Positions 9,038 through 18,092 of a stretch of DNA of 64,000 bases are shown here, piece by piece. The notes beneath the pieces are model-generated. The model was not told where the DNA came from. It ran no database searches and saw nothing but the letters and a program-made list of their open reading frames with translations. Each line of letters starts with the position of its first letter. Position 1 is the first letter of the stretch. The DNA is from an uncultured Pseudomonadota bacterium (GTDB taxonomy: Bacteria; Pseudomonadota; Alphaproteobacteria; JACZXZ01): NCBI GenBank assembly GCA_963749075.1, contig CAVVLJ010000017.1, positions 512,001-576,000 of the forward strand. The letters run 5' to 3'. A program made the position numbers and the translations under genes.

Positions 9038-9913
9038 ATGCGGCTCTGCGCAGCGGGCGCCCTCATTGCCGCGCTCGGGACGAACGCCGGCGCCGCGCTG
9101 AGCCAGGACGCGGGCGGCACCACCTGGATCACCGACAGCAAGGGCTGCCAGGTCGCGGCGCCGGGTGGCAAGCCCACGCCCGGCCTGAGCTTCATCTGGA
9201 GCGGCCCCTGCGGGAGCGGGGCCGCCAGCGGGGACGGCGTCCTCCAGTGGTATCTCAACGGACGCCCCGTCGACCGCTACGAGGGGAGCTATGTCGACGG
9301 CCGCAAGAGCGGACACGGCGTCTATCTCTCGGCCAGCGGCGAGCGCTATGAGGGCGAGTTCAAGGACGACAAGCGCAACGGCCACGGGGTGCTCACCTCG
9401 AGCGGCGGCGACCGCTACGACGGCGAGTTCAAGGACGGCCACGCCGAAGGCCATGCCGTCGTCAGCTTCGCCAACGGCAACCGCTACGAGGGCGAGTACC
9501 GCAACGACCGGCCCGACGGCGCCGGCGTCTATGTGAGCGCCAGCGGCAGCCGCTACCAAGGGGCCTTCAAGGGCGGCAAGCGCGACGGTCTCGGGAGCTA
9601 TACCCTCGCCAATGGCGACCATTACGAGGGCACATTCAAGGACGGCCGCCAGACGGGCCGCGGCGTCTACCGCTTCGCCAACGGCGACCGCTACGAGGGC
9701 GACTTCCGCGACGGCCGCCAGAGCGGCCACGGGGTCTATCAATGGGCGAACGGCGACCGCTACGAGGGCGCATGGCTCGACGACCGCGCGCAGGGCAAGG
9801 GCACGTTGCGCAACCATGAAGGCGAGGTCTATACCGGCACGTGGCTCGGCGGCTGCTTCCAGGACGAGGCCCGCCGCGCCGCCGTCGGCATTCTTCTCGC
9901 GGAGTGTCCGTGA
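9038..9913 (+). CDS. Secreted MORN-repeat protein 2 (8 repeats)
   Basis: GGGAGG RBS, signal peptide, MORN repeats. Confidence 0.9.
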   Translation: MRLCAAGALIAALGTNAGAALSQDAGGTTWITDSKGCQVAAPGGKPTPGLSFIWSGPCGSGAASGDGVLQWYLNGRPVDRYEGSYVDGRKSGHGVYLSASGERYEGEFKDDKRNGHGVLTSSGGDRYDGEFKDGHAEGHAVVSFANGNRYEGEYRNDRPDGAGVYVSASGSRYQGAFKGGKRDGLGSYTLANGDHYEGTFKDGRQTGRGVYRFANGDRYEGDFRDGRQSGHGVYQWANGDRYEGAWLDDRAQGKGTLRNHEGEVYTGTWLGGCFQDEARRAAVGILLAECP

Positions 9914-10001
9914 GCGCGTGCGGAGGCCGCGTGGCGCCAGCTGGCCCGGAACCCAAGTTCCGACCCGTCGTCATGACTTGGTGTCGGCAAGGAGTTTACC
10001 C

Positions 10002-10604
10002 ATGTGGCGGGCCGCCTTGAGCGTGGCCGTGGTGGTGCTGGCGCTCGCCGCGGCGCCGGGACGAGAGGCGCTGGGGCAGGCGGCGCATGGGCCCGGCTGG
10101 ATCGTCGATCGCGCGGGCTGCCGGGTGTGGAACCCGGTCTTCGATCCGAAGCGCAGCTTCTCCTGGAGCGGCGCTTGCGCGAACGGCTATGCCGGCGGCG
10201 AGGGCGTGCTGCAATGGTACGAGAACGGCCTTCCCACCGACCGCTACGAGGGCAGCTATCGCGGCGGCAAGATGGACGGCCACGGGCTCTACGTGTGGGC
10301 GAACGGCGCGCGCCATGACGGCGAATGGAAAGAGAACGGGCGCAGCGGGCACGGCGTCTACGTGACGGCGAACGGCGACCGCTACGAGGGGGATTTCACG
10401 CAGGCGCTGCTCAACGGCCGCGGCGCCGCCGTCCTCGCCAACGGCGACCGCTACGAGGGCGGCTTCTGGAACTACCGCCCGAACGGCAAGGGCACGCTGC
10501 GGCGTCCCGACGGCGAGGTCTTCGCAGGCGAGTGGGTGAACGGCTGCTTCAAGAGCGCCACGCGGCGCTACGCGGTCGGGCTCGAGGTGTCTGAGTGCCA
10601 CTGA
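10002..10604 (+). CDS. Secreted MORN-repeat protein 3 (4 repeats)
   Basis: AAGGAG RBS, MWRAALSVAVVVLALAAA signal, MORN repeats. Confidence 0.88.
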   Translation: MWRAALSVAVVVLALAAAPGREALGQAAHGPGWIVDRAGCRVWNPVFDPKRSFSWSGACANGYAGGEGVLQWYENGLPTDRYEGSYRGGKMDGHGLYVWANGARHDGEWKENGRSGHGVYVTANGDRYEGDFTQALLNGRGAAVLANGDRYEGGFWNYRPNGKGTLRRPDGEVFAGEWVNGCFKSATRRYAVGLEVSECH

Positions 10605-10698
10605 GCGGCGGGCCGTTTTGCCGCCCACCAGTGACGGCCGTCACTGACCTCTCCTCCCTCCCGGGCTAAAAGCAAGCCCTCTACCGGGAGCGAGAGCG

Positions 10699-10866
10699 AT
10701 GACCGCGCCACCCTCCGAGCCCGCCGGCGACCCCGCCGCGAGCGAGAGCCTCACCGCGAAGGAGGTGCGGCAGGATGCGCTTCTCCTCGCCGCCATCCTG
10801 CTCCCGGCCCTCGCCTGCGGCTTCCTCTTCCCCGAAGTGGTCGCGGTCCTCTCGCGCATCTTCTAG
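10699..10866 (+). CDS. Small (55 aa) single-TM hypothetical protein
   Basis: GGGAG RBS; MTAPPSEPAGDPAASESLTAKEVRQDALLLAAILLPALACGFLFPEVVAVLSRIF*; GC3-rich codons; too short for the ORF track. Confidence 0.5.
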   Translation: MTAPPSEPAGDPAASESLTAKEVRQDALLLAAILLPALACGFLFPEVVAVLSRIF

Positions 10867-10906
10867 GGCCGCCAGAGCCGGGCCTTCGCCTCCGCCTGCC
10901 GCGCCG

Positions 10907-11563
10907 TCATCGGCATTCCGCCGCGCTGACGCCCACCGATGCCCGGCGGGCGGCGTCGCGGAAGCAGCCCTTCACCCAATTGCCCGAGAATTCGCCGTTG
11001 CCGGACCGATAGGTGCCGTAGCCGTCCGGCCGATCGTCTCTGTACTGGCCCTCGTAGCGGTCGCCGTTCGCCCACAGATAGACGCCGTGACCGTTGCGCA
11101 GGCCGTCGCGCCACTCGCCCTCGTAGCGGTCGCCGCCGGCCCACACGAGCACGCCGTGGCCGTTCTGGCGGTCGTCCTTCCACTGGCCGTCGTAGCGGTC
11201 GCCGTTCGCCCACAGATAGACGCCGTGGCCGTTCCGCCGGCCGTCCCGCCACTCGCCTTCATAGAGATCGCCATTGGCCGCCACGGCGACGCCGTGGCCG
11301 TTCTCGCGGCCATCCTTCCACTCGCCATCGTAGCGGTCGGTCGGCTGCCCATTCTGGTACCACTGGGCGACGCCTTCGCCGCTGGCGAGGCCGTTGGGGC
11401 AGACTCCGTTCCAGCTGATCGATTCGTTCGCCTGCGGGTTGCTGTTCCACAGCCGGCAGCCTTGCTTGTCGACGGACCAGCCCGGAGCACCCTCCCCCAC
11501 CTGAGCATCGGCGTTGCCGAGCGCAGTGACGGCAGCGACGATCCCCGCTGCGATCCATCGCAT
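10907..11563 (-). CDS. Secreted MORN-repeat protein 4 (5 repeats)
   Basis: MRWIAAGIVAAVTALGNADA signal; MORN repeats; same Cys caps as paralogs 1-3. Confidence 0.88.
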   Translation of the reverse strand: MRWIAAGIVAAVTALGNADAQVGEGAPGWSVDKQGCRLWNSNPQANESISWNGVCPNGLASGEGVAQWYQNGQPTDRYDGEWKDGRENGHGVAVAANGDLYEGEWRDGRRNGHGVYLWANGDRYDGQWKDDRQNGHGVLVWAGGDRYEGEWRDGLRNGHGVYLWANGDRYEGQYRDDRPDGYGTYRSGNGEFSGNWVKGCFRDAARRASVGVSAAECR

Positions 11564-11761
11564 GGCCTGCCCCTCGCCTTGCCGCCGCCAAGCCTCCCAC
11601 GGCCAATTGAGCGCCCCCACGGGCATCGCGATGCTCGCCGCCATGCTAGCACGCGCGTCGAGGTTGTTTTAACGATTAAGAAACCTTTGCCGCCACGGCA
11701 AGGGGGGCAGAAGACCAGCTTGGTCCGGCGCGGCTATTCCCGATCGCCGGAACAACCGATC

Positions 11762-12862
11762 TTACAGGGACCTGACAGCAGACCGGCGGGATAGCGGGGA
11801 CGAACGCCTCCGCGGCACCCCGGGTCGACCTTCTTGACCTGCGTCAACGCTCGGCAGAGCGAACCGTGCTCGCCTCGCTCCGTTCCGGCGCCGACCACCC
11901 CGATCGAGAGAGGCGCGCCAATCCGCGAGCTGGGAGAGGTTATCGACCGGCCACGAGAGCGCCGCGGTCATCTGCTGGAAGGCCTGGACCGTCTGCATCA
12001 GCGTGCCAAGGGTGATCGTCCCGGCGATGAAGCGCGGTGCGGCGACGAGGACGGGAAAGACTTGCGAGAACACCGACCAGCTCGAGGCATAGAAAAGCAG
12101 GTTGGTCAGGGCGCGCGTCTGGCGGTCCCACGCCTCCGCCGCGCCGCGAAAGAGACGGGAGAAATGCCGCCGCTCGTCCGCTTCGCCGTGGACGAGCGCG
12201 ATGGCGAGGGAATTCTCCCGCGCGCGCATCAGGCCGAAGCGAAAATTCGCCTCGAAGGTCTGACGCCGATCGGTCGCCCGCACCAAAGGGCGGCCCAGCA
12301 GCAACGCCACGGAGGTGCCGACCGCCGCCTGCGCCAACGCCAGCCATACCAGGTATCCTGGGATATAGAAATGGACGCCGCCGATTTCGTTGTCGGGCGA
12401 ACCGGACAAGGACCAGAGAATCTGCGTGAAGCTCACGAGCAGCAAGCCGCAATAGAGGAGCGAGTGCGCCAGCTCGACGGCATATTCGGTGCTGATGCGG
12501 GTGAACCATTGCCGCCAATCGACCTGGAGACGGCGCTTGACGCGCAGGTGGCTCGTGGTGATGACGACGTTCGCGGCAATGATGACGAAGAGGGCGCCGA
12601 GAAGGAGCGTGAAGCGGCCCATGGATCGCTTTTCCAGGGCATTGAACAGGTTCTCGTTCCAGGAGTTGAGGGCGATCGGGATCGCGACTTGCGCGACCGT
12701 CAGCACGACGAGCAGCAGCGTGAGCCAGAGCGCCTTCCATTTCCTTTCCGACCGCCAATAGGGGCTGGCGATCTCGAGGAAACGGCCGAAGAACTCCAGC
12801 CACGTCCGCGCCTGCCCTTGCGATGCGGCCGCAGCGGTCAAGATCGGGATCTGGGTTTCCAT
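11762..12862 (-). pseudogene. YddA/BacA-like ABC transporter membrane domain, internally deleted and lacking the ATPase domain
   Basis: ASPYWRSERKW, LNSWNENLFNALE, EANFRFGLMRAREN..IAL..GE.DE, APRFIAGTITLGTLMQ, LADWRAS then loss of homology; DNPDxRIAED segment missing. Confidence 0.75.
11834..11847. promoter_or_regulatory. FNR/FixK box (orphan)
   Basis: TTGAC-CTGC-GTCAA. Confidence 0.6.
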
Positions 12863-12887
12863 GCGTTCCCCTATCTCCTCCGGCCCG

Positions 12888-13856
12888 CTAGTGCTGCCGG
12901 CCGCTCTTCACGAGCCTGGCAAGGCCGAGAAGCGCCGGGTGCGGATGGATGATGACGGCGGTCGGTATGGCGCGCAGGTAGCCGCTCATCCGCCCCTTGG
13001 CCTCGAAGCGCTCGCGGAACGTCGAGCGAGCGAGATAGTCGACGAAGCGGGGCACCATGCCGCCGCCGATATAGACCCCGCCTCGTGCGCCGAGCGTCAG
13101 GGCTATGTTGCCGGCGACGCTGCCGAGGAGCGCGCAGAACAAATCGAGCGCCGCGCGGCACTCGGCGCAGTTTCCGGCGATGGCGTTGGAGACCACCTCC
13201 GCCGCGGTGAGCGGGCCGGCATCACGGCCGGCCAGAGCCGCGGCGGCGCTATAGAGATGCACGAGCCCGTCGCCCGAGAGTGCACGCTCCACCGAGACAT
13301 GCCCCACCCTCCCCCTGAGCGCTTCGATGATCGCATCTTCGCGGCGGTTCTCGCCGGCGAGCGTCGCGTGGCCGCCCTCGGTGACGAGGGGTATCTCCCG
13401 GCGGCCATCGCGAATGAGAGCGCTGGCGCCGAAGCCGGTCCCCGGCCCGATCACGACGATGGGGGCGTCGTCCGAGGCCGTCCCGGGTCCGATGGCGTGG
13501 ATGCCGCTTGCGGGGAGAGCCGGCACGGCGAGCGCGAGGGCGGCGAAATCGTTGACGATCAGCGCCGAGGCCATGCCAAAGGCGGCCCGGATGGCGGCGC
13601 CTTCGATGATCCAGGGCGCATTCGTCAGGGCGACGCGGCCATCGCTCACGGGGCCTGCGGCGGCGATCGCGGCGGCCTTCGGCTCATGCCCTTGTGCCGC
13701 GCCCGTGAGAAAGGCCGCGATGGCCTCGAGCGGCGATGGATAATCGGCGACCTTGCATACGGCGAGACATCGGAGCCTGCCCCGCTCGAGGATGGCGAAG
13801 CGGGCATTCGTGCCGCCGATATCGGCCACAAGGGTGGCTGCCGAGATGCGGGTCAT
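12888..13856 (-). CDS. glk: Glucokinase
   Basis: LVADIGGTNARFA, LTNAPW, VNDFAALA, GPGTGFG, TEGGH, ERALSGDGL, F..KGRM. Confidence 0.95.
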   Translation of the reverse strand: MTRISAATLVADIGGTNARFAILERGRLRCLAVCKVADYPSPLEAIAAFLTGAAQGHEPKAAAIAAAGPVSDGRVALTNAPWIIEGAAIRAAFGMASALIVNDFAALALAVPALPASGIHAIGPGTASDDAPIVVIGPGTGFGASALIRDGRREIPLVTEGGHATLAGENRREDAIIEALRGRVGHVSVERALSGDGLVHLYSAAAALAGRDAGPLTAAEVVSNAIAGNCAECRAALDLFCALLGSVAGNIALTLGARGGVYIGGGMVPRFVDYLARSTFRERFEAKGRMSGYLRAIPTAVIIHPHPALLGLARLVKSGRQH

Positions 13857-14031
13857 GGCATGCTCGTCATATGTGCCGCGGCGTCCTACGGCCGCCGCCG
13901 GCCCGTGGCGTCCGGCTATGCGGCGTCATCGGCGCCAACCGTGCGGCCGCTCACCGGAGCCTCCTTCGCCAAGGCACAGTCGCATCGATCAAGACCCGTA
14001 AAGATCATGGGCAGCTTCCATATTCCGCTTA

Positions 14032-14045
14032 TTGATGCAAATCAA
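14032..14045. promoter_or_regulatory. FNR/FixK box upstream of glk
   Basis: Perfect TTGAT-GCAA-ATCAA. Confidence 0.85.
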
Positions 14046-14081
14046 ACCGGCCGTTCCCGCCGGCGGCGCATCGGGGATCGC

Positions 14082-14095
14082 TTGACCTGCATCAA
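14082..14095. promoter_or_regulatory. FNR/FixK box upstream of the DUF3775 gene
   Basis: TTGAC-CTGC-ATCAA. Confidence 0.8.
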
Positions 14096-14198
14096 AGCGC
14101 AGCACCGCGATCGCCGCTTGAATGGCATGGCTTGGTTGGCCGATCCGGCGGCACGGCCGAAGGGTGCGCGTCGGCGCCGACGAGAAGGGAGTGGTCAG

Positions 14199-14633
14199 AT
14201 GGCCGAGGACGAGAGCGCGGCGGGGCCGGATTTGAGCATCAGCCCCGAGAAGGTCTGCTACATCGTCATGAAGGCGCGCGAGTTCGACGCCAAAGTGGAG
14301 CCCGTCGAGCCCGACCCCGGATCGAACCCGGCGGATAGCGGCGAGCGCGAGATACTGGAGGATTATGCCGACGATCCGACGCTCGCGGAACTCAACGCGG
14401 CCATCGACGGCCTCAATGACGACGAGATCGTCGACCTCATAGCGCTTGCCTGGCTGGGACGGGGCGATTTCGCGAAGGACGGCTGGGAGGAGGCGAAGGC
14501 GCTCGCCGAGGAGCGCCACCGGCGCCACTCGGCGCGCTACCTCATCGGCATGCCGGCATTGGGCGACTATCTCGAGGAAGGGCTCGCGGCGCTCGGCTAC
14601 TCCTGCGAGGACTACGAGATGGGGCGCCTCTAA
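14199..14633 (+). CDS. DUF3775 domain protein
   Basis: ISPEKVCYIVMKAREFDAK...LNDDEIVDLIALAWLGRGDF...YLIGMPALGDYLEEGL. Confidence 0.85.
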   Translation: MAEDESAAGPDLSISPEKVCYIVMKAREFDAKVEPVEPDPGSNPADSGEREILEDYADDPTLAELNAAIDGLNDDEIVDLIALAWLGRGDFAKDGWEEAKALAEERHRRHSARYLIGMPALGDYLEEGLAALGYSCEDYEMGRL

Positions 14634-14664
14634 CGCGTGCCGGGGGCAAGCCGCGCGCGCCCCT

Positions 14665-15021
14665 TCAGATCTCGAATTTCTGGTGAAGACCCGGCATCTC
14701 GATGCGGATTCCCTCGAGCTGTCGCGCGAAGGCCGCCATGGCCTTCTCGTCGCCGTGCACAAGGAACGTCGTCTCGATCCCGCCGCGGAAGCCGCGCTTC
14801 ACGAGAAGAGGCAGGCGCCCGCAATGGTCGAGGTGCGCGTGCGTCAGCAGGAGGACGTTGACGGCCGCCGGATCGAAGCCGAATGGCTCGGCATTCTCCT
14901 CATGGAGCTCGCGGCTGCCCTGATAGAGCCCGCAATCGACCAGCACGCGGCGTCCCGCGCATTCCACGAGATGGCAGGAGCCGGTGACGCCGCGGTCGGC
15001 GCCGTTGAAGGACAGCCTCAC
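14665..15021 (-). pseudogene. MBL-fold beta-CASP ribonuclease with a large in-frame deletion
   Basis: GADRGVTGSCHL..VDCGLYQG..THAHLDHCGRLPLL joined directly to the C-terminal TFLVHGD; 118 aa only. Confidence 0.8.
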
Positions 15022-15070
15022 GCCCGCCTCCCTTGCCGCGGGACGACGCTCCGCGGGCCGCGCGCGGACG

Positions 15071-16063
15071 TCATCTTGCGCTGTCCGCGGCGGCCTCGGC
15101 CAAGGTGAGGCCGATCCTCTCGTACCACTGCCGGATGCCGTTCCAGATCTCCTCGGCACTCTCGGCGAACCAGAAGAGATCGCGGTCCTCGGGATCGATG
15201 ACGCCCTCGCTCACGAGGAAGTCCGGGTCGAAGGCCTTGCGCCAGAAGGCCTCGCCCACGAGGACGACGGGCACCGGCCTGATCTTGCGCGTCTGCACGA
15301 GCGTCAGCACCTCGAAGAGCTCGTCGAACGTGCCGTAGCCGCCGGGAAAGGCCACGAGCGCCCGCGCGCGCATCACGAAATGCAGCTTGCGCAGGGCGAA
15401 ATAATGGAAGCGGAAGCAGAGGTCGGGCGTGACGTAGGGGTTGGGGTATTGGTCGTGCGGCAGCGTGATGTTGAGGCCGACCGATGGCGCGCCGGCGTCG
15501 TGGGCGCCGCGGTTCGCCGCCTCCATGATGCCGGGCCCGCCGCCCGTCATCACCACGAGCTCGCCCCGTCTCCCGCCCGGTCCCGGCGAGGCTACGAGGC
15601 GGCTGAGCTCGCGCGCCACCTCGTAGTAATGGCTCTTGGCGAGAATGCACTCGGCGGCCGAGAGCCGGCTCGCCAGCTCCCTGTCGCCCGGCGAAAGCGA
15701 GAGCCTCGCGCGCAGCGCTTCCACGCGCCGCCGCGCCGCCGCCGGCTCGGCGATGCGCGTGCTGCCGAAGACCACGACGGTATGGTTGATGCCGTGATCC
15801 CCGAGCAGGAGCTCGGCCTTGAGATACTCGAGCTGCAGCCGCAGCCCGCGCGACTCGTCGCGGCTGAGGAATTGGACGTCCTGGTCGGCCTGGCGGTAGC
15901 TCGGGCTCGCGAGGATCGCCTCGATGCGCTCGGGGGCGCTCGCATCGTCCTCGCTCGGCTTGGGCCGCTGCCAAGGCAGCGGCTCGCGCCGATTCCGCGG
16001 ATGGGCAGGCGGCGGGACGCGCGCTGCCGCGGACGTTGCCGTCGCGTCTTTCTCGCTCGCCAT
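15071..16063 (-). CDS. LOG-family (TIGR00730) nucleotide phosphoribohydrolase-like protein
   Basis: VVFGSTR, TGGGPGIMEAANRGA, FPGGYGTFDELFE. Confidence 0.9.
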   Translation of the reverse strand: MASEKDATATSAAARVPPPAHPRNRREPLPWQRPKPSEDDASAPERIEAILASPSYRQADQDVQFLSRDESRGLRLQLEYLKAELLLGDHGINHTVVVFGSTRIAEPAAARRRVEALRARLSLSPGDRELASRLSAAECILAKSHYYEVARELSRLVASPGPGGRRGELVVMTGGGPGIMEAANRGAHDAGAPSVGLNITLPHDQYPNPYVTPDLCFRFHYFALRKLHFVMRARALVAFPGGYGTFDELFEVLTLVQTRKIRPVPVVLVGEAFWRKAFDPDFLVSEGVIDPEDRDLFWFAESAEEIWNGIRQWYERIGLTLAEAAADSAR

Positions 16064-16064
16064 G

Positions 16065-17003
16065 TCACACCGTCATGAGCCGGACGCTTGGATAGAGCCG
16101 CTCGACATCGTCGGGATGACAGAGCTCGGTGCCGGCCTGCAGGAGCGCTGCCGATCCGGCGGCGACGCCGAAGCGGAAGGCATCCTCGATCGGGCGGCCG
16201 CGCGCGAGCGCTGCCACCATCGCCGCGAGGAAGCTGTCTCCGGCACCGACGGCGCTCTTCACCGCGACCTTGAGGGCGGCGGCAGCGAAGGCACCCGCGC
16301 GCGTGGCGAGGAGGGCGCCGCGCTCGCCCAGCGTGAGCGCCACCGCCTCGGCCCTGCCGTCCCTCACGAGCGCCAGCGCCGCATCGCGCCATTCGTCCTC
16401 GCTTGCCAGGGCCCGGCCCGCGAGCCTGCGCAGCTCGCCGAGGTTCGGCTTGACCAGGTAGGCGCCCTCCGACAGGGCATGCTCGAGGGCGGCGCCCGAG
16501 GTATCGACGACGAAGCGGGCGCCGAGGCCGCGCACGACCCTGGCGATGCGCCCGTAGAAGTCCTCGGGGGCGCCGGGCGGCAGGCTGCCGCTCGCGACGA
16601 CGTAGGCCGGCCTGCTCGACTGCGACGCCAGGCGATCCAGGACCTGGTTCAATTCGCCCTCGCTCATTTCCGGCCCCGGGAGGACGAAACGATACTGCTC
16701 GCCCGTGGCCTCGTCGAGTGCCGTGAAATCCTCGCGCGTCTCATTGGCGATCTCGAGCGGCACGCTTCGGATGCCCTCCTCCTCGAGGAGGCGATGAAGG
16801 AGGCTGCCGGGAAGCCCGCCTGCCGGATAGACGGCGCTCACCTCAAGGCCGAGCCGCTTCACCACGCGCGCGACATTGATGCCGCCGCCGCCCGGGTCGC
16901 GGCGAGGCATCGTGCAGCGAAGCTTGCGCGTCGGCACGATCCTCGGAACCGACACCGAGAGATCGAGCGATGGATTCAAGGTCACGGTCACGATGCCGGT
17001 CAT
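16065..17003 (-). CDS. pfkB: PfkB / 1-phosphofructokinase-family hexose kinase
   Basis: TLNPSLD, PGGGGINVARV, VKPNLGEL, SAVGAGDSF. Confidence 0.9.
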   Translation of the reverse strand: MTGIVTVTLNPSLDLSVSVPRIVPTRKLRCTMPRRDPGGGGINVARVVKRLGLEVSAVYPAGGLPGSLLHRLLEEEGIRSVPLEIANETREDFTALDEATGEQYRFVLPGPEMSEGELNQVLDRLASQSSRPAYVVASGSLPPGAPEDFYGRIARVVRGLGARFVVDTSGAALEHALSEGAYLVKPNLGELRRLAGRALASEDEWRDAALALVRDGRAEAVALTLGERGALLATRAGAFAAAALKVAVKSAVGAGDSFLAAMVAALARGRPIEDAFRFGVAAGSAALLQAGTELCHPDDVERLYPSVRLMTV

Positions 17004-17066
17004 GGCGGGCGCTCCGGGCGCAGCGGAATGCGATGCCGCAGAAGAGCAGATATGCGGACCGCTCCA

Positions 17067-17080
17067 TTGATGCAAGTCAA
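17067..17080. promoter_or_regulatory. FNR/FixK box between divergent pfkB and USP genes
   Basis: TTGAT-GCAA-GTCAA, about 63 bp from each start. Confidence 0.85.
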
Positions 17081-17142
17081 AGCATTCCGGCCACGGCGTG
17101 ACAAGACTGGTTCCCGGACCTCCACGACGGAAGGCTTGCGCC

Positions 17143-18009
17143 ATGAAAACGATCCTCGTCACGACGGGCGGCAGCACGACCGACAAGGCCGTGTTCGCAA
17201 CCGCCCTTTGCGCGGCGCGGCCCTTGGCGGCCCATCTCGAATTCTTTCACGTGCGCGTCACCGTCGAGGAGGCGGCGCTCTTCACGCCGCACGTGGAATT
17301 CGCCCGCGGTGCCGCCATCCGGGACGCGCTCGGCCGGCTGCACGACGAGGAGATCACGCGCTCCGCCGCGGCGTCGCTCCATTTCCGCACCTTCTGCGAG
17401 CAGGAGAAAATCGACATCCTCGAGGTGCCGTGCGCGAGCGGCCGCGTGAGTGCCTCCTGGCGCGAGGAGACGAACAGCGCGCGCCGCCGCCTCATGCTGC
17501 GCGCCCGCCACAACGACCTCGTGGTTATGGCACGCCCCACGCGGGCGAACGGGTTGCCGGCGGATCTCCTCGAGACCCTGCTGGTGGGTTGCGGCCGGCC
17601 GCTGCTGATCGCGCCCGCCAAGGCGCCCCGCAGCCTGAGCCGCACCGTGATGGTGTGCTGGAAGGAGACCGCCGAGGCGGCGCGGGCGCTCGCGGCGGCG
17701 CTGCCGCTCCTGGCCAAGGCCGAGCGCGTCCTCGTCACCGCGGTGGTCGAGCGCGGAGAGCCCTCCGCCGAGACGCTCGCCGATATCGCCCGCCAGCTGG
17801 CCTGGCACGGGATCGTCGCCGAGCCGCAGCTCCTGAGCGACGACGGGCGGCCGGCCGCGGCCCGGCTCGCCGCGCAAGCGGCGGCATGCCGCGCTGACCT
17901 CATGGTGATGGGGGCCTACGGGCACGGCAGGACGCGCGAGCTCATCTTCGGCGGCTGCACGCAGTCCGTCCTCGATGGGGCGGAGGTGCCGGTCTTTCTC
18001 CTCCATTGA
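17143..18009 (+). CDS. Universal stress protein (tandem USP)
   Basis: MKTILV..., GRPLLIAP, WKETAEAARA, DLMVMGAYGHGRTRELIFGGCT. Confidence 0.9.
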   Translation: MKTILVTTGGSTTDKAVFATALCAARPLAAHLEFFHVRVTVEEAALFTPHVEFARGAAIRDALGRLHDEEITRSAAASLHFRTFCEQEKIDILEVPCASGRVSASWREETNSARRRLMLRARHNDLVVMARPTRANGLPADLLETLLVGCGRPLLIAPAKAPRSLSRTVMVCWKETAEAARALAAALPLLAKAERVLVTAVVERGEPSAETLADIARQLAWHGIVAEPQLLSDDGRPAAARLAAQAAACRADLMVMGAYGHGRTRELIFGGCTQSVLDGAEVPVFLLH

Positions 18010-18043
18010 GGCGGCCATCGCGGAAAGGGCGGCGTCTCGCCCG

Positions 18044-18057
18044 TTGACTTGGATCAA
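18044..18057. promoter_or_regulatory. FNR/FixK box upstream of the YbhG-like operon
   Basis: TTGAC-TTGG-ATCAA. Confidence 0.8.
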
Positions 18058-18092
18058 GATCGCCAAGGCATTCGCGTGCGAAAAGACGCGGC

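Noticed and set aside
8096-11563. CRISPR array or DGR suggested by recurring GACCGCTACGAGGGC
   Set aside because: 69-bp period equals in-frame MORN repeats; no cas or reverse transcriptase gene, no adenine-specific variation.
11665-11682. CtrA box in TTTTAACGATTAAG
   Set aside because: Half-site spacing is 3 bp, not TTAA-N7-TTAA.
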